From contig CAVZYA010000001.1 in NCBI GenBank assembly GCA_963779415.1, forward strand, positions 576,001-640,000: DNA of 64,000 bases. The letters are read 5' to 3'. Below, in pieces: positions 37,490 to 46,261 of the stretch (positions are counted from its first letter, which is position 1; the number at the start of each line of letters is the position of its first letter). A program made the position numbers and the translations under genes. This stretch comes from an uncultured Acidobacteriota bacterium. GTDB lineage: Bacteria > Acidobacteriota > Thermoanaerobaculia > UBA5066. The notes beneath the pieces were generated by a model. It did no database searches and was not told the origin of the DNA. It worked only from the letters and a program-made list of their open reading frames with translations.

Positions 37490-39139
37490 CTACATCTTCG
37501 CCGGAGGGGCGCCGGGGAGGCTGTAGCGGAGGTTCACGAAGAACATCCCGATGTGGGCGTCCCGCGCCGCTCCGGGCGCGATGTACCACGGAATCCGCGA
37601 GAGATAGGAGTACTGCCCCATCAGAGTGACGGCGCCGTACTTCGCGTCCTTCCAGAACGTCTGCGCGAAGCCGAGCGTCCCTTCCTGGATCGTCTGGTTC
37701 TGTCCGTTCGGCGACCCGGAGTAGCCATAGCCGATCGGCTTGCCGGTCGTGTCGAGGATGGCGTTCTGTCCGATGGCGATGCCGCCGTAGTAGGCGTAGA
37801 GAAGCGTGTTGCCTGCTCGCCCACTCGAAGCCGGTCGACGGTGGAGATGGATTGACGAGCGGAACGATGCTGCCGTCGGCGCGGGCGACAGGTCCGGCGC
37901 CTGGCCGAAGATGTACCGGCCGCCGCCGTAGCTGAGTAGAAGTTGGTGTCGAGCACGAACCGGAGGCCGCTCGAAGATGCCGACAGTCATGTTCGCGAAG
38001 CCGCCCCAGCCGGTCGCGTTGTAGCGGGTGCCGCTCGCCGTGTTGTAGATGGTGAACTGGCGCTCGACGCCCGCCTGCCTCGAAGTGGAACCTCTTCGAG
38101 GGATCCCATGCGAGCCTTCAGGATCACGTCGGGGGCGACGTTCGGCGTGGCGAGGCCGGTCGACCCGTTGTCGAGCTGGGCTCCCGCGTAGTTCGGGACG
38201 CCGGCCGGGAAGGTCGGGACGCCGCCTCCCGCCGATCCGCCGACGTACTGCTCGGGGCTGTCGAGGGCGACGGCGAGGGCGAGCCCGTTCGTGGGTCGGA
38301 AGACGAACCGCAGCCTCGGGTATCCGTCCCCAGAAGAGGCCCGCCTGGTAGTTCACGTCGATGTTCTGCGTGTAGAAGAGGTCCCCGGGAAGGGCCGAGA
38401 TGCCGGAACGGCCCGGCGTGATCAGGCGACCAGAGCTGGCCCGCGGCGAACTCGAAAGATGCCATCTTCAGGTCGACGAAGTAGAGGCGGGACCGCAGCA
38501 CGTTGCTGTCGCTCGAGACGGCGACGTTCCCTGCCCGGGATGTTCCCGAGGAAGTCCGCCTCCATGTAGCCCATCACGTGGAGCTTCTTCACGTCCGAGT
38601 CGATCCGGAAGCCGAATCGGGAGTTCTGCATGCTGAAGCGGAACTCGTTCAGGTGGTTCTGGTAGACGTTCCCCGTACGGGATGCTTCCGAAATTGGTTC
38701 CGATGCCGCTGCCGGCGTTGTGGTTCCGGTAGACCCCGGTGAAGTCCATGAACCCGAGCGGCTGGACCGTCGTCGAGCCGATCTTGAACTGGAGGGGCGC
38801 CGACTCCCCGGCGGCGGGCGCCGCATGAGCCGCGGGCTTCGGCGCGGGCCGGTCGTAGCCGGGCAGATCGTGCTTCAGGTTGAAGAGGTCGATGGCCGTC
38901 TCGTTCTCGGCGAGGACAGTCTCCCCGTGCGGACCGTGATTGGAGAACAACATCGGCGACGAGAATTCGCCGGTCTTCAGCCACGCCTCGTACTTGGCCG
39001 ACGTGTTGAAGACGTAGATCGTCCCGTCCTTCTCGGCTTCCTTGTACCAGAGTCCCTGCGCGGACGCCGTCCCGATCGTGAGGGCGAGCACGGCCGCCAT
39101 GACCCCAAGGGCCCATCGCCTGAGAGTCTCTTTCATCAA
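37490..39139 (-). CDS. Outer-membrane porin-like protein (DcaP-like) with an extra N-terminal domain; multiple apparent frameshifts
   Basis: GGAGGAG RBS, signal peptide; GFMDF, GIGTNFGSIP, QNSRFG, YMEADFLG, RLYFVD, GQLWS, QYSY, NLRYSLP spread over several frames. Confidence 0.7.
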
Positions 39140-39296
39140 TCTCCTCCTTCCGTATTCGAGCGGGACTGTCTCTTCCGGGCGTTAATCCGACGGGGATCCG
39201 ATGTTGACCTCGTGTAAAGAAATCCGGCTCCGGGAAAGAGGGGCCTTCTGCTCGACGGGGCCGAGCTCGGCGGCATGGAGGTGTCCTTCGTGAACG

Positions 39297-39331
39297 CCGT
39301 AAGGCGCCGCCACGTTACGGTGGCGTTACGG
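39297..39331. promoter_or_regulatory. CGTTACGG direct repeat (11-bp period) plus an inverted CCGTAA copy, putative response-regulator sites
   Basis: CGTTACGG at 39313-39320 and 39324-39331; CCGTAA at 39297-39302; located between divergent porin genes. Confidence 0.4.
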
Positions 39332-39544
39332 AGCCGGCACACCGTCGGAACTTCATGGCTCTTCGCTCTCCACAACAGATTGCAAATGGACCACTTGACC
39401 TCATAGCCCAGGTCGGATCCAACCGGCACATGGGTTGCTCGAATCCGGTCTGAGCGCCGTGAGGGTGAGAGTGTGAGCGCCGCCGAATGCTCTGCAACTG
39501 TGGCGGCAGCCGTTTTGTCGATTCCTGATGAAAGGCTCGTGTCT

Positions 39545-40708
39545 ATGAAGGAACCGCAAGGACTTCCACGGAGACGGAGCGCAAAGGCGCTCCTCCCCCG
39601 CAGGTTCGTCACGGATCAGTTCGCGGTGGCCATCTTCGCCCTGATGAGCCTCGCCTTTCTCTCGGCGTCTCCGGCCAGCGCGCAGGCCATCCTCAAGATC
39701 GACGACTCCAACAACTTCAGGTTCGGCGTTCTTCTCCAGCCGTGGGCGACATTCTCGACGCTGACGAATGCCGCGGGAACCGAAACGCTCGGCACCTCCG
39801 AAGCTCTCTTCCTCCGGCGGGCCCGCCTCATCATGGGCGGGAAGATCGCGGGGAACATCTTCTTCTTCGTCCAGACCGAGAACTCGAACCTCGGCCAGAA
39901 AACGACCGCGACGACCACCCCCGGCTCCGGTTTCCAGCTCATCAACGCCGAGGCCGAGTGGCGCATCGACACCGCATTCAACCTGACCTTTGGCCTCTTC
40001 CAGGTCCCGTACAGCCGCGAGGGGCTGAAGTCCGCCACCAACCTCTTCGAGATCGACTATTCGACCTATCGAGCCGTGCAGGGTACGTCGATGGGATGGG
40101 TGGGCTCGAACCGGGATATCGGCTTTCAGGTCCGCGGCTACATCCTTTCGGACCGCTTCCATTACCGGGTCGCCGTGACGGAGGGCTCCCGGCCGGGCGA
40201 AGGGAAGAACCCCTTCCTCTACACCGCGCGCATCCAGTACGACTTCTTTGCGAAGGAGCTCTACAACATGCCCTCGTACCCCGGCTCCTATCTCGACGGG
40301 ACGAAGGTCCTCGGGATCGGCGCGGCCACTCAGGAGCAGGGAAGCTTCCGGTACGCCTCGAGCGACGTCTATGCGTCGTTTCCGGTCGGGCCGGGGATCG
40401 TCGAGGGGACCTTCCAGTACCAGTACATGTACGGCTCGACGATGTTTCCCCTCCTGCCTCACCAGAACATCTACATGATCGAGGCGGGCTGCTACGGCAA
40501 TCGAATCAAGCTCGGGCCCTGGGTTCGCTACGAGGAGGTCCTCTACAACGGGCAACCGGACAAGAACGAGCACCGGGTCTGGGGAGGGGTCGGCTGGTTC
40601 CCTTACGGCCACAACTTCAACGTCAAGGGCGCCTACGAGCGGATCACGTCGACGGCGATCGTCGCTAGGAACCAGTTCATCATGCAGCTTCAGTTCTACT
40701 ACTTCTGA
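39545..40708 (+). CDS. Outer-membrane porin (OprO/OprP-like)
   Basis: Signal peptide ending ASAQA; LFLRRARL, GLFQVPYSRE, NRDIGFQVRG; C-terminal QLQFYYF beta-signal; start uncertain (39473-39643). Confidence 0.8.
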   Translation: MKEPQGLPRRRSAKALLPRRFVTDQFAVAIFALMSLAFLSASPASAQAILKIDDSNNFRFGVLLQPWATFSTLTNAAGTETLGTSEALFLRRARLIMGGKIAGNIFFFVQTENSNLGQKTTATTTPGSGFQLINAEAEWRIDTAFNLTFGLFQVPYSREGLKSATNLFEIDYSTYRAVQGTSMGWVGSNRDIGFQVRGYILSDRFHYRVAVTEGSRPGEGKNPFLYTARIQYDFFAKELYNMPSYPGSYLDGTKVLGIGAATQEQGSFRYASSDVYASFPVGPGIVEGTFQYQYMYGSTMFPLLPHQNIYMIEAGCYGNRIKLGPWVRYEEVLYNGQPDKNEHRVWGGVGWFPYGHNFNVKGAYERITSTAIVARNQFIMQLQFYYF

Positions 40709-40796
40709 AAGGACCGGACTCCGCCCCTTTTTGCGGCCTGCGGCATACCTTTTTCGAGAGCTATAGTCGAGGCGTGAAGGACGGTCCGGCCGGAGC

Positions 40797-42023
40797 ATGA
40801 GCGGCGTTCGCTCCGCGGACACGGTGATCGTCGGAGGGGGGATCGTCGGCGTCTCCTCGGCGCTCTCGCTGGCCCGGACCGCCCGCGCGTCGGTCTTGCT
40901 GCTCGAAAAGGAGCCGATCCTCGCGGCTCACCAGACCGGACGGAACAGCGGGGTCGTCCACTCCGGACTCTATTACCGCCCCGGGTCTCTCAAGGCCACC
41001 CTCTGCGCCGAAGGGCGAGCCGCGCTCGAGCGCTTCTGCGTCGAGAAAGGCCTCCCCTTCGAGCGGTGCGGGAAGATCGTCGTCGCCACCCGCCCCGAGC
41101 AGCTCCCGCGCCTTTCCGACCTCGAGGCCCGGGGGCGGGAGAACGGGCTCACGGGGCTCCGCCGGCTCCCGCCCGGTGAGCTGGGAGAGCTGGAGCCGCA
41201 CGCGGCCGGAATCGCCGCCCTCCATGTTCCCCAGACCGGGATCGTCGACTACGGCCTCGTGACGGGAGCGCTCGGCGAGGATCTGCGGCGTGCCGGCGGC
41301 GAGATCCTCCTCGGGGCCGGCCTTTCCGCCGTCGCGAGGGACGGCAATCGCCACCGCCTCACGACCCCCGCCGGCGAGATCTCCTGCCGGTTCCTCGTCG
41401 CCTGCGCCGGACTGCAGGCCGACCGCGTCGCACGGCTCTGCGGCGCCGATCCCGGGATCCGGATCGTCCCGTTCCGCGGCGAGTACTACGAGCTGCGCCC
41501 GGAACGGCGGTACCTGGTCCGTAACCTCATCTATCCGGTCCCCGATCCCCGCTTTCCGTTCCTCGGCGTCCATTTCACGCGGCGCGTCGGGGGCGCCGTC
41601 GAGGCCGGTCCGAACGCGGTATTCGCCTTCCGCCGCGAGGGATACTCGAAGACGAGCTTCTCCCTCCGGGACACGGCGTCGTCGCTCGCGTGGCCCGGCT
41701 TCTGGAAGCTCGCGGAGCGCTACATGTCGACCGGCCTCGGCGAGTTCTGGCGCTCGTTCAATCGCCGGGCCTTCACGCGCGCCCTGCAGGAGCTTCTCCC
41801 GGACGTGCGTCCCGAGGATCTCGCGCCCGGGGGGGCCGGCGTCCGGGCGCAGGCCCTCGGACGGGACGGGTCCCTCCTCGACGACTTCCACTTCGTCGAA
41901 GCGCCGGGACAGATCCACGTCCTGAACGCCCCCTCGCCGGCCGCGACCGCCGGGCTCGCGATCGGTCGCGTCGTGGCCGAGCGTGCGTGCCGAAGCTTCT
42001 CCCTCCCGGAACGGCCTTCCTGA
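40797..42023 (+). CDS. lhgO: L-2-hydroxyglutarate oxidase
   Basis: VGGGIVG, HQTGRNSGVVHSGLYYRPGSLKA, PFRGEYY, IYPVPDPRFPFLGVHFT, GVRAQA, NAPSPAATA. Confidence 0.92.
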   Translation: MSGVRSADTVIVGGGIVGVSSALSLARTARASVLLLEKEPILAAHQTGRNSGVVHSGLYYRPGSLKATLCAEGRAALERFCVEKGLPFERCGKIVVATRPEQLPRLSDLEARGRENGLTGLRRLPPGELGELEPHAAGIAALHVPQTGIVDYGLVTGALGEDLRRAGGEILLGAGLSAVARDGNRHRLTTPAGEISCRFLVACAGLQADRVARLCGADPGIRIVPFRGEYYELRPERRYLVRNLIYPVPDPRFPFLGVHFTRRVGGAVEAGPNAVFAFRREGYSKTSFSLRDTASSLAWPGFWKLAERYMSTGLGEFWRSFNRRAFTRALQELLPDVRPEDLAPGGAGVRAQALGRDGSLLDDFHFVEAPGQIHVLNAPSPAATAGLAIGRVVAERACRSFSLPERPS

Positions 42024-42026
42024 TCC

Positions 42027-43508
42027 ATGGCCGACATCGCACCACGGCTTCGCGACTCGCTGGAACGGCACGCGCGCCGGCCGGCCCTCGAGTTCGCCGG
42101 CCGCCTCTTCCCTTACGAAGAGCTGGAGCGACTCGCGTCCCGATTCGCGGCAGGACTCCGCGCGTACCGAGTGGGGCCGGGGGACGCCGTGGCCGTCCGG
42201 GCGGGAAATTGTCCCGAGGCCGTCATGGCGCTTCTCGGGAATCTCGCCGCCCGCGCCATACACGTTCCGCTGAACCCGGCCTTCACCGAAGAAGAGTCCC
42301 GTCACATCCTCTCCGATTCCGGAACGCGCCTCGTCGTCGCGCCGGCCGCCGCCGATTGCCCGTACGAGCGGCGTGTCTCGTTCGAGGATCTCCTCTCCGC
42401 CGGGGCAGGCGCTCCCTCGCACATTCCGGAGCCGCAGGAGGACGCCATCGCTTTACTCCTCTACACGAGCGGGACGACCGGCCGGAGCAAAGGGGTGGAG
42501 CTTTCCGTTCGGGCGGTTCTCTCGAACCTCGGCTCGGTCGCGCGGCTCTGGCGGATCTCCGAGACGGACCGGGTCGTCGTCGCCCTCCCCCTCTTTCACG
42601 TCCATGGCCTCGGACTCGGAGTGATCGGCTCGCTTCTCTCCGGAGCCACGGTCCTCCTGCAGGAAGAGTTCGATCCCCCAGCCGTCGTCGAAGCCTTCGC
42701 CGCGCGTCGTGCGACGGTCTTCATGGGAGTCCCGACGATGTACGTCCGGCTTCTCGAGCATCTCGCGAGAGATCCTGCCGCGGCCGAAGTGCTCTCGAAG
42801 GCGCGGCTCTTCACGTCCGGGAGCGCCCCCCTCTCGGCGAACGACTTCGCGGCCTTCCGCGCGGCGACGGGGCATTCCGTCCTCGAGCGGTACGGGATGA
42901 CGGAGACCCTCTTCACACTGTCCAATCCCTTCGAGGGAGAGCGTCGACCCGGCAGCGTCGGCCTCCCCGTGACGGGGTGCGCGATCCGAGTCGTCGACGA
43001 CGACCGGAAAGACATCCCTGACGGAACGCCGGGCGAGCTTCTCGTGGAGTCCTCCGGCCTGATGACCCGCTACCGGAACCGCCCGGAGGAGAGCGCTCGG
43101 GCGATGCACGAGGGGTGGTTCGTCACTGGCGACGTGGCGACGCGCTCTACGGACGGCTACGTCACCCTCCACGGCAGGAAGTCCGTCGACTTCGTCAAGA
43201 GCGGCGGGTACCGAATCTCTACCCGCGAGATCGAGGACGTTCTGTCGCGTCACCCGGGCGTCAAGGAGGCGGCCGTCGTCGGCCTCCCTGACCGGGTCTG
43301 GGGTCAGCGAGTGGCCGCTGCCGTCATCCCCGCGCCAGGCGCCTCACGGGCCGGATTCGTCGAGGCGCTCCGGCAACTCGCGGCCGAGGGGCTGGCTCCG
43401 TACAAGCAGCCGCGGGAGATTCTCCTTCTCCCGGAGTTTCCCCGGACGCCCCTCGGGAAAGTTCAGAAGAACGCTCTCGCCACCGAAATCGCCAAGCGCG
43501 ACTCCTGA
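42027..43508 (+). CDS. Acyl-CoA synthetase, malonate-CoA ligase (MatB)-like
   Basis: YTSGTTGRSKG, LPLFHVHGL, FMGVPTMY, SGSAPL, ERYGMTET, GKVQK. Confidence 0.85.
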   Translation: MADIAPRLRDSLERHARRPALEFAGRLFPYEELERLASRFAAGLRAYRVGPGDAVAVRAGNCPEAVMALLGNLAARAIHVPLNPAFTEEESRHILSDSGTRLVVAPAAADCPYERRVSFEDLLSAGAGAPSHIPEPQEDAIALLLYTSGTTGRSKGVELSVRAVLSNLGSVARLWRISETDRVVVALPLFHVHGLGLGVIGSLLSGATVLLQEEFDPPAVVEAFAARRATVFMGVPTMYVRLLEHLARDPAAAEVLSKARLFTSGSAPLSANDFAAFRAATGHSVLERYGMTETLFTLSNPFEGERRPGSVGLPVTGCAIRVVDDDRKDIPDGTPGELLVESSGLMTRYRNRPEESARAMHEGWFVTGDVATRSTDGYVTLHGRKSVDFVKSGGYRISTREIEDVLSRHPGVKEAAVVGLPDRVWGQRVAAAVIPAPGASRAGFVEALRQLAAEGLAPYKQPREILLLPEFPRTPLGKVQKNALATEIAKRDS

Positions 43509-43532
43509 CGGCGAGACCGACCTGCTCCGGCG

Positions 43533-45218
43533 CTACGGAGCCGTGACGAGTGCAGCGAGCGACGCCTTCCGCGCGGCCTCGAACTCGTCCCCCTTGTTCC
43601 AGACCGGCATCGTCGGGGCGTTCGCCACCTTCAGGCCGAAGTGGAGGAGGAACCGCGTGTCCGCCACGTATCCGTCGAACTTCCACGCGTCCGAAAGAAC
43701 GTCCGAGGGCTGGTGGTAGTTCTTCAGCTCGAACTCCTCGTGCTGCTTTCGCCCCCACTCCGGGCCCTTGCCGATCACGTCGACCCCCGCGCCGAAGTAG
43801 GCCGCCGGAATCCCGATCCGGGCGAAGGAGAGCTGGTCCGACCGGTAGAACGAGCCGCGGTCGGGGAACTGGTCGGGGACGATGACGCGCCCCTCGGCCG
43901 CCGCGACGTCGCGGGCCAGCGCGTCGAGGCTCGACTTTCCGATCCCGATCTGGGCGAGGTCGCGCGTGGCGCCCCAGATGTTCGCGCCGTCGAGGTTGAT
44001 GTTCGCGGCGATCCGGCCCGCGGGAAGAGGGAGATGCGTCGCGAGATACCTCGAGCCGAGGAGGCCTTGCTCTTCGCCGGCCACGAAGGCGAAGAGGAGC
44101 GTCCGCTTCGGCCACACGGGCATCGAGACGATCGCACGGGCGATCGCGAGGAGCGACGAGACGCCGGCGGCGTTGTCGAGGGCGCCGTGGTAGATCGCGT
44201 CGCCGCCGTCCTTCCCCGCTCCCGTCTTCTTTCCGAAGTGGTCGTGATGGGTCGAGAAGAGGACGGCCTCCCGCGAGAGAGCGGGATCGCTTCCGGGGAG
44301 CTTGCCGATCACGTTTCCCGACGTTGCGTGCCGGACGGAGTTCGCGAGCGACAGCGAGATCGTGACGCCGAGAGGAACGGGACGGAAGTCACGCCGCTTC
44401 GCCGACGCCACGAGCGCGTCGAGGTCCTTCCCCGCGAGCGTCGCGAGACGCCGCGTCGCCTCCTCCGTCATCCACGCCCGGACGGGAACGTCGTGCTCCC
44501 CCTCGCCGGGGAGGGAGAAGTTCTCGTTTCCCCACGACGTCTGGACCACCTGCCACGGGTAGCCGGCCGAGGGGGTCGTGTGGAGGATGATCGCCCCCGC
44601 CGCGCCCCTCCGCGCGGCCATCTCGTACTTGTAGTCCCACCGGCCGTAATAGAGGCGGGTCTTGCCGGCGAAGATCGCCGGGTCGTCCTCCGGGTCGTTG
44701 TTCATGAAGACGAGGACCTTCCCCTTGAGGTCCGCCCCCTTGTAGTCGTCCCAGCCGTACTCGGGCGCGACGATTCCGTACCCGACGAAGACGACCTCGC
44801 CCGCGTCGATCGAGACCGAAGGCTTCTCCACCTGCGACATCGCGACGAAGTCCTTCATCGGCGCGAACTCGAGCGTCGTCGTTCCTCTTGCCGCCGTGAG
44901 CGGGCCGGAGGGCGTCGCCTTGATCCCGACGAGGCTCACCGGCTGGATGAAGCCCCCCTCGGGTGCTCCGGGAAGGAGCCCCATCTTCTCCATCTCGGTC
45001 GCGAGGTAGAGCTCGGTGATCGCGTCGGCCCGGCTCCCCGGGCCGCGCCCTTCGAGGAGGTCATCGGCAAGGAACCGGACCGTCCCGCGCAGCTCGTCGG
45101 CGCCGATCCGCGCCGAGGCGGCGGCCTCGGCGGCCGGGTATGGCGATGCCGCGGGCTGGGCGAGCGAGACGGCGGAGAGTGTCATGGAGAGAGCCACGAG
45201 CGTACGGAGAAGTCGCAT
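43533..45218 (-). CDS. M28 family metallopeptidase with PA domain, secreted
   Basis: LADDLLEGRGPG, VFVGYGI, STHHDHFG, GALDNAAG, AGEEQGLLGS, RSDQ, YHQPSD; ATG 45218 begins a signal peptide. Confidence 0.92.
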   Translation of the reverse strand: MRLLRTLVALSMTLSAVSLAQPAASPYPAAEAAASARIGADELRGTVRFLADDLLEGRGPGSRADAITELYLATEMEKMGLLPGAPEGGFIQPVSLVGIKATPSGPLTAARGTTTLEFAPMKDFVAMSQVEKPSVSIDAGEVVFVGYGIVAPEYGWDDYKGADLKGKVLVFMNNDPEDDPAIFAGKTRLYYGRWDYKYEMAARRGAAGAIILHTTPSAGYPWQVVQTSWGNENFSLPGEGEHDVPVRAWMTEEATRRLATLAGKDLDALVASAKRRDFRPVPLGVTISLSLANSVRHATSGNVIGKLPGSDPALSREAVLFSTHHDHFGKKTGAGKDGGDAIYHGALDNAAGVSSLLAIARAIVSMPVWPKRTLLFAFVAGEEQGLLGSRYLATHLPLPAGRIAANINLDGANIWGATRDLAQIGIGKSSLDALARDVAAAEGRVIVPDQFPDRGSFYRSDQLSFARIGIPAAYFGAGVDVIGKGPEWGRKQHEEFELKNYHQPSDVLSDAWKFDGYVADTRFLLHFGLKVANAPTMPVWNKGDEFEAARKASLAALVTAP

Positions 45219-45224
45219 GGAGCG

Positions 45225-45234
45225 AGTGTAACCT
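45225..45234. promoter_or_regulatory. Overlapping bidirectional -10 elements (TACACT minus / TAACCT plus) for two leaderless divergent genes
   Basis: Each hexamer is exactly 6 nt from its start codon (45218 and 45241) and they share the central TA. Confidence 0.65.
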
Positions 45235-45240
45235 TCTCCC

Positions 45241-46257
45241 GTGCTCCTCCCCGCGGCATTTCTCGTCCGGATGATCTTCGCCGTGGCGACCGGCACGCTC
45301 GGTCTCCTCGCGCTCCTCGTCTGCCTCGCCTGGCGTCTCCGCCCGGCCCTCGCGCTCTATTCGGCCCTCGCCCTCGCCATCTCGTTTCACCTCGCCCGTC
45401 CCTTCGTGAGATGGCGGCTCCCGGGCGGGGCCGTCGACCCCTTCTCGCGCCTCGACACCGTCTTCGCCTTCCTGATTCCCCTCTTCGCCCTCGGCGTTCT
45501 CTACGCGCTCGGGCGCGACCAGCGCCGTCCGGCGCGGAGCGCGGCCCTTCTCTTCGTCGCCACCGGCACACTCCTCCTCGGCGCGCTCGCCGACGTCGCC
45601 GTCGCCCGGCAGATCGTCGTCGCCCGCTCGAGCGTTCCGTTCCTCGGAGCCGGCTTCCTCGTCTTCTCGGTCGTCCTTCTCGTCGTCCTTGCCGACGACG
45701 ACAGGCGTCTTCAGGTGCAGGCCACGACCGATCCGCTGACCGGCCTGGCGAACCGCGCCGCCTTCCTCGAGCGGGCCCGCTTCGAGATCCAGCGCGCGGA
45801 GCGGTCCGGGCGCCCGCTCGCGATCGTCCTCTTCGACCTCGACCGGTTCAAATCGGTCAACGACCGGTTCGGGCACCCCGCCGGGGACCGCGTCCTTCTC
45901 GGAGCGGCGACCGCCATCTCGCGGACGATCCGCGGCATCGACCTCGCGGCGCGCTGGGGGGGCGAGGAGTTCGCCGTCCTCCTCGTCGACGCGGACGAGT
46001 CGACCGCCGGGACCGCCGTGGAGCGGATCCGGGAGGCCGTCGCCGCGACCGGGCCTCCGCGCGTCCCCGTCTCCGTGACAATCTCGGCCGGCATCGCCGT
46101 CCACCACGGCCTCTTCGAGCGGAGCCAGGTCGACGGCCTTCTCCGCCGCGCCGACGCCGCCCTCTACGCCGCGAAGAAGAAGGGACGGAACCGCGCCGAG
46201 TTCGAGTCAGCCCTCGCCGCCCCGCCGTCGACCCCGGCCGACGTCCGTCTCCGGTAG
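45241..46257 (+). CDS. Membrane-bound diguanylate cyclase (GGEEF)
   Basis: About 5-6 TM helices; TDPLTGLANR, DLDRFKSVND, RGID I-site, WGGEEF, ADAALYAAKKKGRN. Confidence 0.92.
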   Translation: MLLPAAFLVRMIFAVATGTLGLLALLVCLAWRLRPALALYSALALAISFHLARPFVRWRLPGGAVDPFSRLDTVFAFLIPLFALGVLYALGRDQRRPARSAALLFVATGTLLLGALADVAVARQIVVARSSVPFLGAGFLVFSVVLLVVLADDDRRLQVQATTDPLTGLANRAAFLERARFEIQRAERSGRPLAIVLFDLDRFKSVNDRFGHPAGDRVLLGAATAISRTIRGIDLAARWGGEEFAVLLVDADESTAGTAVERIREAVAATGPPRVPVSVTISAGIAVHHGLFERSQVDGLLRRADAALYAAKKKGRNRAEFESALAAPPSTPADVRLR

Positions 46258-46261
46258 GCGT

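Noticed and set aside
37490-38700. Porin fragments as phase variation or diversity-generating targets
   Set aside because: No repeat tracts, template repeat or reverse transcriptase; indels resemble those elsewhere in the window.
40709-40735. Terminator after the OprO/P-like porin
   Set aside because: A T-tract is present but the stem is weak and irregular.
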